The notes: generated by a model not told the origin, from the letters alone. Positions 1-11,198 are shown, numbered from the stretch's first letter. The stretch: DNA of 64,000 nt from Candidatus Omnitrophota bacterium (GCA_043826565.1 JBDRPX010000015.1:3317-67316); one strand, 5' to 3'. Program-made: numbers and translations.

Positions 1-151
1 ACGCGACCCAGGGGTATTCCGCGTGATAACTGTGCACAAGCAAAATCTTTTTTCTCACGCCGGAAGCGCCCTCCTGCGCGAACAGCGCGGCTACGCTGAT
101 AAACAAAAGCAGGCTTACTACTACACTAATCTTTAGTATTTTTTTGTTCAT
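1..151 (-). CDS. 5' part of a periplasmic ABC-substrate-binding-like/sensor protein, runs off the window
   Basis: Manual translation MNKKILKISVVVSLLLFISVAALFAQEG...KKILLVHSYHAEYPWVA: signal peptide plus HSYH..YPW motif; overlaps the kinase stop. Confidence 0.7.
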   Translation of the reverse strand, partial: MNKKILKISVVVSLLLFISVAALFAQEGASGVRKKILLVHSYHAEYPWVA

Positions 152-2276
152 ATCCGTCATCTCCTGTCTGTTCTTTTAAGGCATCAAAAACATCTTTTTC
201 TTTCACTAATTTCTTATTAACCAATATTTCCCCGATTTTTTTCTTTTCCTTGATAAAGTTTTTATCAATAGGAATGGTAAAATAAAAGGCGGCGCCTTCC
301 CCGAGGATAGATTCAACCCATATTTTACCTTTATGCATTTCTACGATCTTTTTAGCTATGGTCAATCCGGCCCCGGTTCCTTCGGTATCTTCTCTTCTTC
401 CTAGACGCTGAAAGATACCAAATACTTTTTCAAAATATTTTTCTTCTATCCCCGGGCCATTATCTTTTACATAAAATTCATAATACGGATCTTTCTTTGC
501 GCATCCAATTTCAACCACTGCCTTTTCTTTATCTAAAAATTTAACCGCGTTAGAAACAAGGTTTACAAATACTTCGGTTAAGCGAATCCGGTCACAATAG
601 ACTTTAGGCAATCTGCCCCGAATAAGCATCTCAACATTTTTCTCCTTTATCGCGTACTCAAGCCTAAGCTGTACCTCGGCAAGGATTTGACTGATTTCAA
701 TTTCTTCAAACGGATTTTTCTTTCGTTCAATGCGGGATATTTCCAGCAGATCTTCTATGAGCGCCTGCATGCGATGAGCGTTTGCCTGGATCCGCGCAAG
801 AAAATCCCGGCCTTCTTCACCAAGATTATCCTGGTAGTCATCAATAACAAATTTACTAAACGCGTGAATAGACCTTAACGGCTCTTTCAAATCATGTGAG
901 ATTATATACGTAAAATCATCCAGCTCCTTATTCACTTCCTCTATTTGCTTAGTGTAACTTTGCAAAGCCTGTTCTGCTTTTATCCTTTCGGTAATATCTT
1001 TAGCTATCCCCACTATCCCGATAGGAACCCCCGCCTTATTACACATCATCGATCCGGAAAAAAGCATCGGGATTCTACTGCCGTTTTTTCTTTTATACTC
1101 CACCTCATAATTACTGATAACTCCCTGCGCTAATACTTTTTGCAGCAGGATTTCCGCATCAGCGATAAGACTAATCTGCTGGCCCTGCAATTCCGATTCT
1201 GTATATCCTAATAATTGCTTAGTAATAACATTAACCCTCTGAATTTTTCCTTCGGTACTAAAAACAATTAAAGTGTCCAGGAAATTAGCAATAATATTTT
1301 CGATGTAGGTATTGACTTCTTCTAAGTCTTTCATCATATTAAGCGTTGCCTTCTGCGAATGCGAAAGCTCCTGGGTTCGATCATCAACTTTTTGCTCCAG
1401 AGTCCGGGACCAGTCTTCAATTTTTTCCTTAGCTTCAATTAACTCATCCCGAGATTTCTTTATGGAAGCAGTCATAACATTAAAAGAAGCTGCCAATTGG
1501 CCGATTTCATCACCGGACTTAATTGATACTGTTGTTGTTAAATCTCCGGCAGCCAGCCGGCGCGTTCCTTCCGCAAGCTTTAGAATGGGAACTGTCGAGA
1601 TCCTGGCTAAGACCATTGTAACCATTCCCGCGAACACAATAATTATTAAAGTAATAATTGTTCCTGTTCTCTGCGCCGCCAGAAGCAGGGCATCGGCTTT
1701 TTCCAAAGACAAAACTATGTGGACCCGGCCAATTGTTTTTTTGATAACTGTTTTCTGGTCTACAGCTAATCTTAACTCTTTTCCCGGCATAGCGTTATCA
1801 TCAGCATAAAACAAGCCTTCTTCATTCTGGTAAAGAGTTATTCCTTCGCTCTGCACTAGCGCGCAAACTTCGTAATATCTTGTATTATTAGTTCCGCGAA
1901 ACATTTGGACATGCGTTTTTTCAGCAAGCTGGGCTTCTTCAAAAATCTCTTTAGGGATTTGAAACTGCATTTCTTTTGCCCATTTTACAGCTAACCCCTT
2001 ACCTAAATTATCATATACCGAGCAATAAACAATCTCCGCCGATCTTAAACGATCGGTCAGCAGTTCATCCAGACTTGTTTGATTGTCTGTAAGCACCCCA
2101 TACTCCGCTTCGGAAGCAAGGTTCTCGGCCAATACAACCCCCTGCTCTTTATGGTTCTGGTAAATCATCTGACGTTCATGCCGAATAAAAAACACCCCTA
2201 AAACCCCCGCCACCGCAATAACAATAGCGGTGACAATTATAATAAATTTAAAATATAGACCGATTCTAATATTCAT
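126..2276 (-). CDS. Membrane sensor histidine kinase (HAMP-PAS-HisKA-HATPase)
   Basis: Two TM segments, HAMP (DEIGQLAASFN), PAS, H-box SHDLKEPL, N/G1/G2 boxes (NAVKF, DNGPGI, GAGL). Confidence 0.93.
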   Translation of the reverse strand: MNIRIGLYFKFIIIVTAIVIAVAGVLGVFFIRHERQMIYQNHKEQGVVLAENLASEAEYGVLTDNQTSLDELLTDRLRSAEIVYCSVYDNLGKGLAVKWAKEMQFQIPKEIFEEAQLAEKTHVQMFRGTNNTRYYEVCALVQSEGITLYQNEEGLFYADDNAMPGKELRLAVDQKTVIKKTIGRVHIVLSLEKADALLLAAQRTGTIITLIIIVFAGMVTMVLARISTVPILKLAEGTRRLAAGDLTTTVSIKSGDEIGQLAASFNVMTASIKKSRDELIEAKEKIEDWSRTLEQKVDDRTQELSHSQKATLNMMKDLEEVNTYIENIIANFLDTLIVFSTEGKIQRVNVITKQLLGYTESELQGQQISLIADAEILLQKVLAQGVISNYEVEYKRKNGSRIPMLFSGSMMCNKAGVPIGIVGIAKDITERIKAEQALQSYTKQIEEVNKELDDFTYIISHDLKEPLRSIHAFSKFVIDDYQDNLGEEGRDFLARIQANAHRMQALIEDLLEISRIERKKNPFEEIEISQILAEVQLRLEYAIKEKNVEMLIRGRLPKVYCDRIRLTEVFVNLVSNAVKFLDKEKAVVEIGCAKKDPYYEFYVKDNGPGIEEKYFEKVFGIFQRLGRREDTEGTGAGLTIAKKIVEMHKGKIWVESILGEGAAFYFTIPIDKNFIKEKKKIGEILVNKKLVKEKDVFDALKEQTGDDGYEQKNTKD

Positions 2277-2303
2277 CGTAAAAACAAACTCCTTAACCTT
2301 ATC

Positions 2304-3266
2304 TTAATAAACAATATCTGCTTCATCAAAAACTGTTTCTGATAATTCAACCTGAATGGTTTTCGCGGTTTTTTGATTTACAGATAATAATGTTTTACGC
2401 GGAAATTCGACAGAAATACTTTCAATATTTTGACCGCCCAGTATTTTTATGGCCATTTGCGCTGCCTGCCGGCCGATATCATTATAATCACTTTCTAGAG
2501 CAAACAATGCCCCCCCTTTTACATACGCCGAAGAAAACGCCATAAACGGACATTTATTTCTTAGAGTTGCCAGTAAAATTTTTTGGGTTGTATTTGGATT
2601 AAATATTAATGGGTCAACCCCTCCCCACAAACACTCACTTTCTTTTAACACCATCTCCAGGTTCGGCATTACTTGGGCAGAGTTATTTACCGGAACAGCC
2701 TGCAGCTCAAAACCATACTGGCCGGCCGCGGCTTGGGCCTCCTCCGCCATCAATGTTTTAACCTCAGACTGATAGAGCATACCGATTTTTTTCACTTCAG
2801 GAAGAAATTTTTTTATATATTTAAACTGCTCGGCAATCGGGATATTTAAGGCAACTCCGGTAATATTTTTATTCCTGCCCCCGGAGATGATGCCGCTTTC
2901 CTCAGGGTTTAAAACCATAAAAAAGATTATCGGGATCCCGGGAATATTTTCTTTAGCAAATACCGCTGCTTTTGTTCCTAAAGCGATTATACTATCCGGA
3001 GCGGATTTATTGATTTCCTGAAGAATTTGACCAAACTCAGCTTCCGGGATTCGACTCAAATCATACTCCCGGTAAAAAGCCGGAACATTATTATCTTTTA
3101 GCTCCTGCTTAAAGCCGCTAAGCGCCTGGTTATATTGTAAAATTACCCGCGAATTAAGAACTACGATATTTGCTTTCTCTTGAGCAACCCCTGGGGTTAA
3201 GCGCCACCCCCAAAAGAGAAAAAAAGCAAAAATTAGAAATCCAATCTTATAAAAATGTTTTTTCAT
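2304..3266 (-). CDS. ABC-type substrate-binding protein (ABC_sub_bind family), likely sensor partner
   Basis: Signal peptide; NITGV, GRQAA, VNQKTAK motifs; co-oriented with the kinase. Confidence 0.85.
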   Translation of the reverse strand: MKKHFYKIGFLIFAFFLFWGWRLTPGVAQEKANIVVLNSRVILQYNQALSGFKQELKDNNVPAFYREYDLSRIPEAEFGQILQEINKSAPDSIIALGTKAAVFAKENIPGIPIIFFMVLNPEESGIISGGRNKNITGVALNIPIAEQFKYIKKFLPEVKKIGMLYQSEVKTLMAEEAQAAAGQYGFELQAVPVNNSAQVMPNLEMVLKESECLWGGVDPLIFNPNTTQKILLATLRNKCPFMAFSSAYVKGGALFALESDYNDIGRQAAQMAIKILGGQNIESISVEFPRKTLLSVNQKTAKTIQVELSETVFDEADIVY

Positions 3267-3545
3267 ATGACAAGACTTTATTAAATTGTTTAAGTTGGAA
3301 TTAAAAAAAATCCCGAATCACTGTTCAAAAAATGAACATTTCCCCGGGCTTAAGCATTGATCAATTGTTTTTCTCTTTCAGAAATAATACTTTGCATATT
3401 AGTACCCTTCATTAGAGGTCAAACAATATAATTTGGCGTTAAAATACCTCAAAACACAAGCAGAAACACATATATTGTTGTATTCTATATTATATTATGC
3501 TATTGTTTGATGTCAACGTTTTTCTTTAATACACATCTAATAAAA

Positions 3546-3576
3546 AAGGCGGTCAAGCTGAAAGCTTGACCGCCTT
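3546..3576 (-). terminator. Intrinsic terminator
   Basis: Perfect stem AAGGCGGTCAAGCT-GAA-AGCTTGACCGCCTT with T-tract on the minus strand, just after the 3591 stop. Confidence 0.8.
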
Positions 3577-3590
3577 AACTGCTTTAGCTA

Positions 3591-4202
3591 TCACTCAGAA
3601 TCACCTTCTCCAAAACTAGGTCTTTTAGAAGGAGCATTATTAAACGCATCAGAAATTATTGTCTTCATTTCATATAAGTCGAACGGTTTAGCCAAAGAAG
3701 TATACGCGCCCATTTTCGCCGCCTCCAGATTCGTCTGCAATGTGCGATGAGCGCTTAGCATTATTACAGCAATATTGATATCTATTTCCTTAATTCTTTT
3801 TAATGTTTCTATCCCATCGATTCCCGGCATGCGGATATCCAGCAAAACCAGATCAGGCCGGTCTTTGCGCACAATTTCCAAAGCTTCGGTTCCATTGGAA
3901 GCCTTAAGCACTCGATATTCCTTTAATACTCTTTCAAAATAATCCTGAATTGTTTGGTCATCATCAACAATCAGGACAGTCTTAGCCCCTTTTGCATTGC
4001 TAACCGTATTAAACTGTTCAAGCTCCGGCTTTTCTTTAAATTGGCTCATCAGCCAAGCATCGATTAAGTCTTTGCGGAAACGCCATTCACTAGCAACTTT
4101 AAACGCGGGGATTTTCCCCTGCCTGGCCAGTTTATAAATAGTCATCTTATTCATTTGAAGATATTCTGCCACTTGAGCTATGTCCAGCAAATTTTCCGCC
4201 AT
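3591..4202 (-). CDS. Excisionase-like HTH (HTH_17) fused to a receiver domain
   Basis: N-term VAEYLQM..TIYKLARQGKIPAFKV...WRF; C-term LIVDDD, DLVLLD, KPF. Confidence 0.88.
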   Translation of the reverse strand: MAENLLDIAQVAEYLQMNKMTIYKLARQGKIPAFKVASEWRFRKDLIDAWLMSQFKEKPELEQFNTVSNAKGAKTVLIVDDDQTIQDYFERVLKEYRVLKASNGTEALEIVRKDRPDLVLLDIRMPGIDGIETLKRIKEIDINIAVIMLSAHRTLQTNLEAAKMGAYTSLAKPFDLYEMKTIISDAFNNAPSKRPSFGEGDSE

Positions 4203-4396
4203 TTTACATCTCCTATTTTTTAACTGATATACCTTTCGCTCACTATTATATAATATCCTATAATATTATAATTTAATTTACACAAAAATTTCGTTTTTGT
4301 CAAGCACTTTATCTTGAACATGGCAGGATTTTAAACTGCCCTATTTTTTAGCAGAATTTTTGATTCTTTCTTGTTTTTCCTGAACTTGAAAGAACC

Positions 4397-4480
4397 TGAT
4401 TACTGTGATTAAAAACCCGATTACATCGATAACTAATTTAAAAATAATCTTTGTAATCTTTACCCTAATCTGTGTAATCA
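4397..4480. repeat. GATTAC...GTAATC inverted short-repeat array
   Basis: Several GATTA(C) units followed by several (G)TAATC units downstream of fusA. Confidence 0.6.
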
Positions 4481-4505
4481 AGGGGCATTCTTAAATTCAG
4501 CTTAA

Positions 4506-6605
4506 TTAAGAATGGCCCGAATTTTTTCTTTTTTCTTCTACAATTGTTTCCGATATCGCAAACGGGACTTCTACATATTTTTCAAAATGCATGGAATATG
4601 TAGCACGTCCACTACTTAAAGAACGAATATCGCTGGCATAACCAAACATTTCCGATAGCGGCGCTTCCGCGGCGACAATCTGCTGTTTTCCTTTAATTTC
4701 CATACCCAGAACTTTTCCTCTGCGCCGGCAAACATCACCGACAATATCACCCACAGATTCCTCCGGGGTAGTTATTTCCAAAGACATATGGGGCTCCAGC
4801 AAAATCGGAGCGCCTTTCAGAAATGCCCGCTTAAAACATTCCGCTCCGGCAACCTTGAAAGCCATTTCCGAAGAATCAACTTCATGATAAGAACCATCCA
4901 CCAGGTCAACCCGGACATCAACAACCGGATACCCAGCATAGATTCCTTTTTTCATAACACTGATTATTCCCTTTTCTATCGCTGGAATATATTCGCGGGG
5001 GATAGATCCTCCGGTAATCTTATTATTAAATTCAAATCCATGGCCCGGCTCAGTAGGGTATATCTCAATTTTAACATGCGCGTATTGCCCCTTACCCCCG
5101 GTTTGCTTAACATGCTTATGGTTTTCCATGGCATTTTTAACAATAGTTTCCTTGTAAGCAACTTTTGGCTGACCGACAACAGCATCAACCTTAAACTCAT
5201 GTTTTAATCTGTCTATAATAATTTCCAGATGAAGCTCTCCCATTCCGGAAAGAATAGTTTCTTCTGTTTCCTGGTCTGTTGATATTGTAAACGTCGGGTC
5301 TTCTTCGGCAAGCCTGACCAGCCCCCTGCCAAGCCTTTCCTGATCCTGACGGCTTTGCGGATTAATACTCATGGACATTACCGGTGCCGGAAATTCTATG
5401 GCCTCCAAAATAACCTGCTTATCCGGATCGCACAAAGTATCTCCGGTAACCGTACGGTCTAATCCCACAACCGCGGCAATCTCTCCGGCATAAATAGCTT
5501 CAATGATCTCTCTTTGATTAGCATGCATCTGTAGAATTCTGCCCACACGCTCTTTTTTTCCTTTAGTCGAATTATACACATAGGAACCGGCTTTTAATTC
5601 TCCGGAGTAAACCCGCACATACACCAATTTACCCATATGCGGGTCAGCCTGTACTTTAAAAGCAAGTGCGGCAAAAGGCTCACTATCCTCCGGCTTGCGG
5701 GTAATCTTTTTTTCCGCATCATCAGGGTCTTTCCCTTCAATCGCCCCGATATCACTTGGTGATGGCAAATAATTAATGACCGCATCCAATAATTTCTGTA
5801 CTCCTTTGTTTTTAAATGCTGCCCCGCAAAGCACCGGAACAATCTTATTAGCAATCGTTCCAATACGAATTGCCTTTATTAACTCTTCTTTAGTAATTGA
5901 TTTTTCATCCTCAAGATATTTTTCCATGATAGAGTCATCTAATTCTGCTGCCTTCTCGATCATGATATGATAATATTCCTGGGCTATTTTTTTATATTCT
6001 TCCGGGATTTCTTCCTCATGAAAATTTTTCCCGAAAGAATCATCATCATAAATATACGCTTTCATTTCTATCAGATCAACAATTCCCCGAAAATTGTCTT
6101 CAGCCCCGATAGGAATCTGTAACGGAATTACATTCGCTTCCAGATTATGCTCTATTTCTTTTATAACTTCAAAAAAATCCGCGCCTATTCTATCCATCTT
6201 ATTAATAAAAGCCAGTTTCGGAACTTCATATTTATTAGACTGACGCCATACTGTCTCTGACTGCGGCTCCACACCCCCCACCGCGCAAAAAACCGCGATT
6301 GCTCCGTCTAAAATACGCAAACTGCGCTCAACCTCTACCGTAAAATCAACGTGTCCGGGAGTATCAATAATATTGATTCTAGTATCTTTCCAAAAACAGG
6401 TTGTTGCCGCAGAAGTGATTGTAATTCCTCTCTCCTGCTCCTGCTTCATCCAGTCCATCTGCGCTTTTCCGTCATGAACCTCGCCGATTTTATGCGAACG
6501 CCCGGTGTAAAACAGAATACGCTCGGTAACTGTAGTTTTTCCGGCATCAATATGCGCCATAATCCCAATGTTTCTTACTTTACTTAATTCGATTGTACGT
6601 GCCAT
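4506..6605 (-). CDS. fusA: Elongation factor G (stand-alone copy outside the str operon)
   Basis: [39 protein letters not shown] motifs; 699 aa. Confidence 0.96.
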   Translation of the reverse strand: MARTIELSKVRNIGIMAHIDAGKTTVTERILFYTGRSHKIGEVHDGKAQMDWMKQEQERGITITSAATTCFWKDTRINIIDTPGHVDFTVEVERSLRILDGAIAVFCAVGGVEPQSETVWRQSNKYEVPKLAFINKMDRIGADFFEVIKEIEHNLEANVIPLQIPIGAEDNFRGIVDLIEMKAYIYDDDSFGKNFHEEEIPEEYKKIAQEYYHIMIEKAAELDDSIMEKYLEDEKSITKEELIKAIRIGTIANKIVPVLCGAAFKNKGVQKLLDAVINYLPSPSDIGAIEGKDPDDAEKKITRKPEDSEPFAALAFKVQADPHMGKLVYVRVYSGELKAGSYVYNSTKGKKERVGRILQMHANQREIIEAIYAGEIAAVVGLDRTVTGDTLCDPDKQVILEAIEFPAPVMSMSINPQSRQDQERLGRGLVRLAEEDPTFTISTDQETEETILSGMGELHLEIIIDRLKHEFKVDAVVGQPKVAYKETIVKNAMENHKHVKQTGGKGQYAHVKIEIYPTEPGHGFEFNNKITGGSIPREYIPAIEKGIISVMKKGIYAGYPVVDVRVDLVDGSYHEVDSSEMAFKVAGAECFKRAFLKGAPILLEPHMSLEITTPEESVGDIVGDVCRRRGKVLGMEIKGKQQIVAAEAPLSEMFGYASDIRSLSSGRATYSMHFEKYVEVPFAISETIVEEKRKNSGHS

Positions 6606-6764
6606 TTGTTTTCTCTCCTTTTTACAGCAATACGATATTATATTCTATAATAACATAAACACCTAATAGAATAGGCAAAGAATAAAATATACCCTATATT
6701 AAAGACTTTTGCAAGGAGAAATAATTATTTTATTATCTCCGGCTAAACAAAAACCCCTAATATC

Positions 6765-9700
6765 CTATATGGACTGGCTCACAAGACTCTGCGGGGACAT
6801 ACTGCTAATTGATTGTTTTGCTACTTCCGGAGATCTTCCCGTCTGTTCAGTTTTTCTTGGCCCAATAACCCCTAAAGCATTAAGCATCTCTATTAATTGT
6901 TTAATATCTTCCTGATACTCTTGCATGTTCGGAAGTCTTTTCCCTATTTCTACCCAACGCTGCTGACTATGCTCCCACTCTCCGCGGGCCGCGTCAATAT
7001 CCCCGGCATTAGCAAACTGCAACACATGAACAAATAATGGTCTGACTTTTTTGTGCAGCCTTTGTAATATTTTTTGTTGTTCTTCGGTCAATCCATGTAA
7101 TGGATCAACGGCGAATCTCTTTTGTTCTTTTTGTCTATATTGATTAATTTCTTTTTCAATAGACTCTCGCAATGCCCTTACGGCATGTTGGACTGCCGAA
7201 GATAATCGCCCGGGATTAGGGAATTCCTGCTCTAACATTATCAATACATTATTACATTCTTCTGCGCTATTTGCCTCTTGCAAATATTCCTCTATCAAAC
7301 TTAATGCTGCTTGAGCTTCTTTGGAAATTTCTCCTTCTTTGGCCCGCATGGGGACTGGCGCTGAAGGCTCAAGGATTTCCGGAGGAATTTCTCTTTGTCT
7401 TCTTCCGGGATATTCGCCGCGAGGTTTTTGTAAACTTTCTGCCAGATTAACCGCGGCTTCGACATCCGGAAATTTTTTACATAAATCCAAAAGCTCTTGG
7501 TTTTGCCCGTGCTTGTTTTTATCTCGGTAATGCGTGCGCTCTATTTTTGAACGCCAAGACATAAAAACCATGGCCCTTCTTTGGGTTATCTGAGAAGATC
7601 CTTCAGACAGTAATTGCTGACGCGCATCCTTAATGGCCTGATTTTGTTTAACTGCTGCTGGAATTTCTACTGCTTCTAAATCTTGCTGAAAATCTTGAAC
7701 ATTCCCATATTTCGTTTGCTCAACTGCCTCTAAAACCCGAACTCCTTCTTGTATTACTCTTGCCTCAATGTCAGCTACTAGAGGGTCTACAATTTTTTGG
7801 ACAACGATCATTCCACGAATCCCTTCAGGAAAAATCGCCGTGATTTGTTCGCGAACTTGCGCCATCGTGCTGCACTGCTGCGGATCAAACTGTACTGCTT
7901 TTTCTTTTGCCTGTTCTATCTGCTGAACGATCTCTTTAAACTGAGCCATTCTTTGTTCTGCCTGAGCAATTCTCTCCTGCTCTTGCCTGATCTTTGCCTT
8001 ATAAGTATCTTTTGCCTGCTCTAATAATGGGCGGGCCTCCGGAAAGTCTTTTACTTTTTCAAATGCTTCACGCGCACCGGTGATAAACTTTTCAATGTTG
8101 TCTATAGACACGCTTTGAAGTTCTGCAAGCGTTTGCCGGAATTCCTGCAAAGCTAAGTTTTTTCGCACTAATGTTTTGAATTCTTCTTTCTTTTGTTCTA
8201 CCCATTCCAGCAGCTTTGCCGCGGCTTCAACTTTTTTGTTTTCCTTTAAAATATCCGGGATCAACCTCTCAATTTTATCATCAACATCATTCTCCGCAGC
8301 GCAACTTGCCAAACTAAAATTTTCTATAGTTTGTTTTGTTTGCTGAATTGCCCCATTAATTCGCCTTTGTTTTTCTTCTTGGTCTAAACGGTCCTGCACC
8401 TGCCATCTCAGCTTTATTGTTTTTTCCCTCAGCCAACTAAAAAATGCTCTTGCCTCTTTGTCTAAACGGTTATCTCGAAGAACTTGCGGAACTAAAGCCT
8501 CAATCATTGTATCCGCAACATCAAGTGTCTCACATTGCGTAGAATCAAAATCTTCAATAGCTTTTGTTACAGCAACAATAGCTGCATCAATATTTCTTCT
8601 TAATGTTTCAGCTTGCTGTGTTTCTTTTTCTACTCTCACGGCAACTTCAGCCTGTTTTCCCAGCTTAATTGTTTCTAGCTCACCCATTAGCCGCATTACC
8701 CGAGGATCATTAGAATTACGCCGAAGCAATTTAGGAATAAGGCCATTTATTGCCCTATTAACATCTTCTGCGCTTATCAATCTGCTTGTATCTAAGTTCT
8801 GCGCATCATCTCGACATTCAGCAATTTTCGTTCCAATTAGAGGTTCTCTCTGCTCATCAGCATCAGCCTTTTTATCCAGAGCTTTAAGCCTCGCTTCTGC
8901 CGCCACAACTCCCGGACGATGTTTACTAACAAATGTCTCCACTATCTGCTGTGCCTGATAATCTTTTTTTAATTCAGCAGGCAAGGCTTCTGCAACTGCA
9001 GTATCAAAACCCCTTGTTTCCATAAACGAATCTATTTGCTCGGCCACTTGAGCTAAATTTACTCTAAGCTGTTCAATTTGATCTTTTCTTTCCTGCCGCG
9101 CCTGCTGGAAAATCTTTATCTTTGCCTCTGCGCCTTCCATTACCTGCCTTACCTTTGCTTTTACCTTTTCATTATCTTTTAAGTTCTTTGGGATCATTTT
9201 CTGTAAAGCCTTTAAAGCTGCTTCCACACTCTCATGTTCTTCAACTTTAAAATTACCCAGCTTTACACGTAATCCTTGGGGGAATTTTTTTTGTAGTTTT
9301 TCCCGGCGTTTTTGCTTAGCAGCTTCTGCTTTTTCTGCGTGCAATTGTTTATTTTCTTTGGCTTCTTTTTCTTTTTTTCTTTTATTAATCAAGCGCTCAA
9401 AAAATCTCTGGGTTTCATAATTAAACAACAAAAAACCAACGACAGCCACGCCCACAGTAATGGCTGTAGCAATATATTTATCCGGGATAGTTGCATAGCA
9501 AACAACTCCCACTCCTGTAACCACTCCTAAATATATGAGCGCAATATCTTTAGATCCTTTAGCAAAACGATACTTACCAATTTTCATGCGTTGCGGAACA
9601 TATCGTGGTTTATGGGAAAAACCCTGATCTTGAGAAGTCTTTTTTATCTGGATATATATCTGGGAGAAATTTTGTCCAAGAACTTGATTGCTAATTTGCA

Positions 9701-9833
9701 GCTTCGGAGATAAACACTCTGCAGCCCCAGAAAAGACAACACTCCCTGCTCCGGCCCAAGCAAAATCAAGCAAAAGAAAGGCCTGGATCAATATAATTGC
9801 GGTGATTTTAAGCCACTTATGTCTTTTAATCAT
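6765..9833 (-). CDS. Large exported/membrane coiled-coil protein of unknown function
   Basis: Signal-like N-term, CLSP motif, two TM helices at about aa 95-140, long charged helical body, C-term LVSQSI. Confidence 0.8.
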   Translation of the reverse strand: MIKRHKWLKITAIILIQAFLLLDFAWAGAGSVVFSGAAECLSPKLQISNQVLGQNFSQIYIQIKKTSQDQGFSHKPRYVPQRMKIGKYRFAKGSKDIALIYLGVVTGVGVVCYATIPDKYIATAITVGVAVVGFLLFNYETQRFFERLINKRKKEKEAKENKQLHAEKAEAAKQKRREKLQKKFPQGLRVKLGNFKVEEHESVEAALKALQKMIPKNLKDNEKVKAKVRQVMEGAEAKIKIFQQARQERKDQIEQLRVNLAQVAEQIDSFMETRGFDTAVAEALPAELKKDYQAQQIVETFVSKHRPGVVAAEARLKALDKKADADEQREPLIGTKIAECRDDAQNLDTSRLISAEDVNRAINGLIPKLLRRNSNDPRVMRLMGELETIKLGKQAEVAVRVEKETQQAETLRRNIDAAIVAVTKAIEDFDSTQCETLDVADTMIEALVPQVLRDNRLDKEARAFFSWLREKTIKLRWQVQDRLDQEEKQRRINGAIQQTKQTIENFSLASCAAENDVDDKIERLIPDILKENKKVEAAAKLLEWVEQKKEEFKTLVRKNLALQEFRQTLAELQSVSIDNIEKFITGAREAFEKVKDFPEARPLLEQAKDTYKAKIRQEQERIAQAEQRMAQFKEIVQQIEQAKEKAVQFDPQQCSTMAQVREQITAIFPEGIRGMIVVQKIVDPLVADIEARVIQEGVRVLEAVEQTKYGNVQDFQQDLEAVEIPAAVKQNQAIKDARQQLLSEGSSQITQRRAMVFMSWRSKIERTHYRDKNKHGQNQELLDLCKKFPDVEAAVNLAESLQKPRGEYPGRRQREIPPEILEPSAPVPMRAKEGEISKEAQAALSLIEEYLQEANSAEECNNVLIMLEQEFPNPGRLSSAVQHAVRALRESIEKEINQYRQKEQKRFAVDPLHGLTEEQQKILQRLHKKVRPLFVHVLQFANAGDIDAARGEWEHSQQRWVEIGKRLPNMQEYQEDIKQLIEMLNALGVIGPRKTEQTGRSPEVAKQSISSMSPQSLVSQSI

Positions 9834-9988
9834 AATTAGTTAGCGTTTTCCCATTACATGAGCACAAGTCTACAATTTAAAAAGATTATAAAGTGTACCA
9901 CAAAAAGAAGGTTTAAGCAAATTAAACGATTGGCGTAACTGGCTAGAAATAAATTCGTTACATTTGTAATTAGGGGGAATAATAGAGG

Positions 9989-10297
9989 CTATTTCTTTTG
10001 GGCTTTAACGCGTTCAATATATTTAAACGCATTGAAGGATGCCTTTTCTTCCTGCCGCAGTAATTTATAAAACTCACAGTTAACACAGTTTTTCTCTTTG
10101 TCTTTTTGCGCGCCCTCAACAATTCCTACGCAAAAAGTCCCGCAGATATAAACACAGGCCCGGCCGCCGTTAGTGCCGCCGCAAAATCCCTGCGCCTCTT
10201 TTGCTTGCGCCGCCGGACAAACACCTAATTCCTTAGATTTAGCCCCATTAATGTTTCTGCCGCAGCCTTTAAATTCCCAACAATTCTGTTTTAACAT
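9989..10297 (-). CDS. Small Cys-rich two-CW-domain-like protein
   Basis: NCWEFKGCG, CPAA, GGRAC, CVNCEFY; paralog at 32404-32703. Confidence 0.75.
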   Translation of the reverse strand: MLKQNCWEFKGCGRNINGAKSKELGVCPAAQAKEAQGFCGGTNGGRACVYICGTFCVGIVEGAQKDKEKNCVNCEFYKLLRQEEKASFNAFKYIERVKAQKK

Positions 10298-10366
10298 TAC
10301 CCTGCCTTTTTTAATAATAGTCTTATTTCTTATTATACTCCCAAAAAAAAGAAGAAGGCAATACTA

Positions 10367-10413
10367 AAAAATAAAGAGCAGCTTCTACATAATAAAAGCT
10401 GCTCTTTATTTTT
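10367..10413. terminator. Probable intrinsic terminator (symmetric)
   Basis: AAAAATAAAGAGCAGCTT...AAGCTGCTCTTTATTTTT inverted repeat. Confidence 0.7.
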
Positions 10414-10437
10414 CCCCTTTTTCACACAAGCTCTTAG

Positions 10438-10641
10438 CTAGTAACTATCTTCTTCCGATGCATCAGCATTATCAAAATACCCATCCAGGGTACTACAAGC
10501 CTTCAAACGAACCGGAGCAACAGCGATAATTTCAAATTCTAGGTCGCAAATGGAACAATATAAAAGATCGCCAACATCTAGATCGTCATCCCTTTCTTCA
10601 ATAACCCTTTTACATTGCAAACATTTCACACTGGCACTCAT
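10438..10641 (-). CDS. Small acidic zinc-ribbon protein, LysW-like fold
   Basis: CxxC...GDLLYCxxC..EFEI pattern and acidic tail; lacks the EDWGE terminus. Confidence 0.65.
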   Translation of the reverse strand: MSASVKCLQCKRVIEERDDDLDVGDLLYCSICDLEFEIIAVAPVRLKACSTLDGYFDNADASEEDSY

Positions 10642-10676
10642 ATATCTCTCCTGGTATAATCTTCAATCCTCTGATG

Positions 10677-10805
10677 GATTATACCTGATTAAAACGATTA
10701 TTAATAGATTGCAAAGATTAAACCATTAATCTTCTATAACTAATTCCACTGAGAAAAGATCTCTTTTTTTAATCACTGTAATCTCCTCTTTAATCTATGG
10801 AATCA
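10677..10805. repeat. GATTA...TAATC inverted short-repeat array (second copy)
   Basis: Multiple GATTA units then TAATC units, same architecture as 4397-4480. Confidence 0.5.
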
Positions 10806-10852
10806 AGACATCCTGACCTTTATAGGATGTCTTCAGCAGATTATCTTAGCGT

Positions 10853-11122
10853 TTATAAATAATTATAGTCTACAGCAACAAGCCCTTCTTCTGTCGTATT
10901 AACAATAACTTCTATCTCATCCCCTTCTTCTAAATCAACTGAATATTCAAAATCCTCCGGGATCATAATTACTTTTCCGCTCACAGTTATAGAACTTCCA
11001 TCCTCCGCAATTGCCTCCACTGTCCCGGTAATGGTTGTGCTGGCTGATTGCGCAAAAGCCGCGTTAAAGGTGATCCCTAAACACAAAACAACAGCGCAAA
11101 GAACAAACATTTTCTTAAACAT
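10853..11122 (-). CDS. Small exported beta-rich protein (DUF5666-like OB fold)
   Basis: Signal peptide ending AFA; ITGTVEAI...ITVSG...LEEGDEIEV. Confidence 0.7.
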   Translation of the reverse strand: MFKKMFVLCAVVLCLGITFNAAFAQSASTTITGTVEAIAEDGSSITVSGKVIMIPEDFEYSVDLEEGDEIEVIVNTTEEGLVAVDYNYL

Positions 11123-11198
11123 GACACTCCCTTTCTATCTACCCTAAATACTTCAGAGCAGGTACTCTTATTTAGTCTGTCGGAACGTTCCGATAGCT

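Noticed and set aside
3591-4202. Excisionase indicating a prophage
   Set aside because: The HTH is fused to a receiver domain and there are no phage or integrase genes nearby
10438-10641. Functional LysW carrier
   Set aside because: Lacks the C-terminal EDWGE and has no lys/arg biosynthesis neighbours
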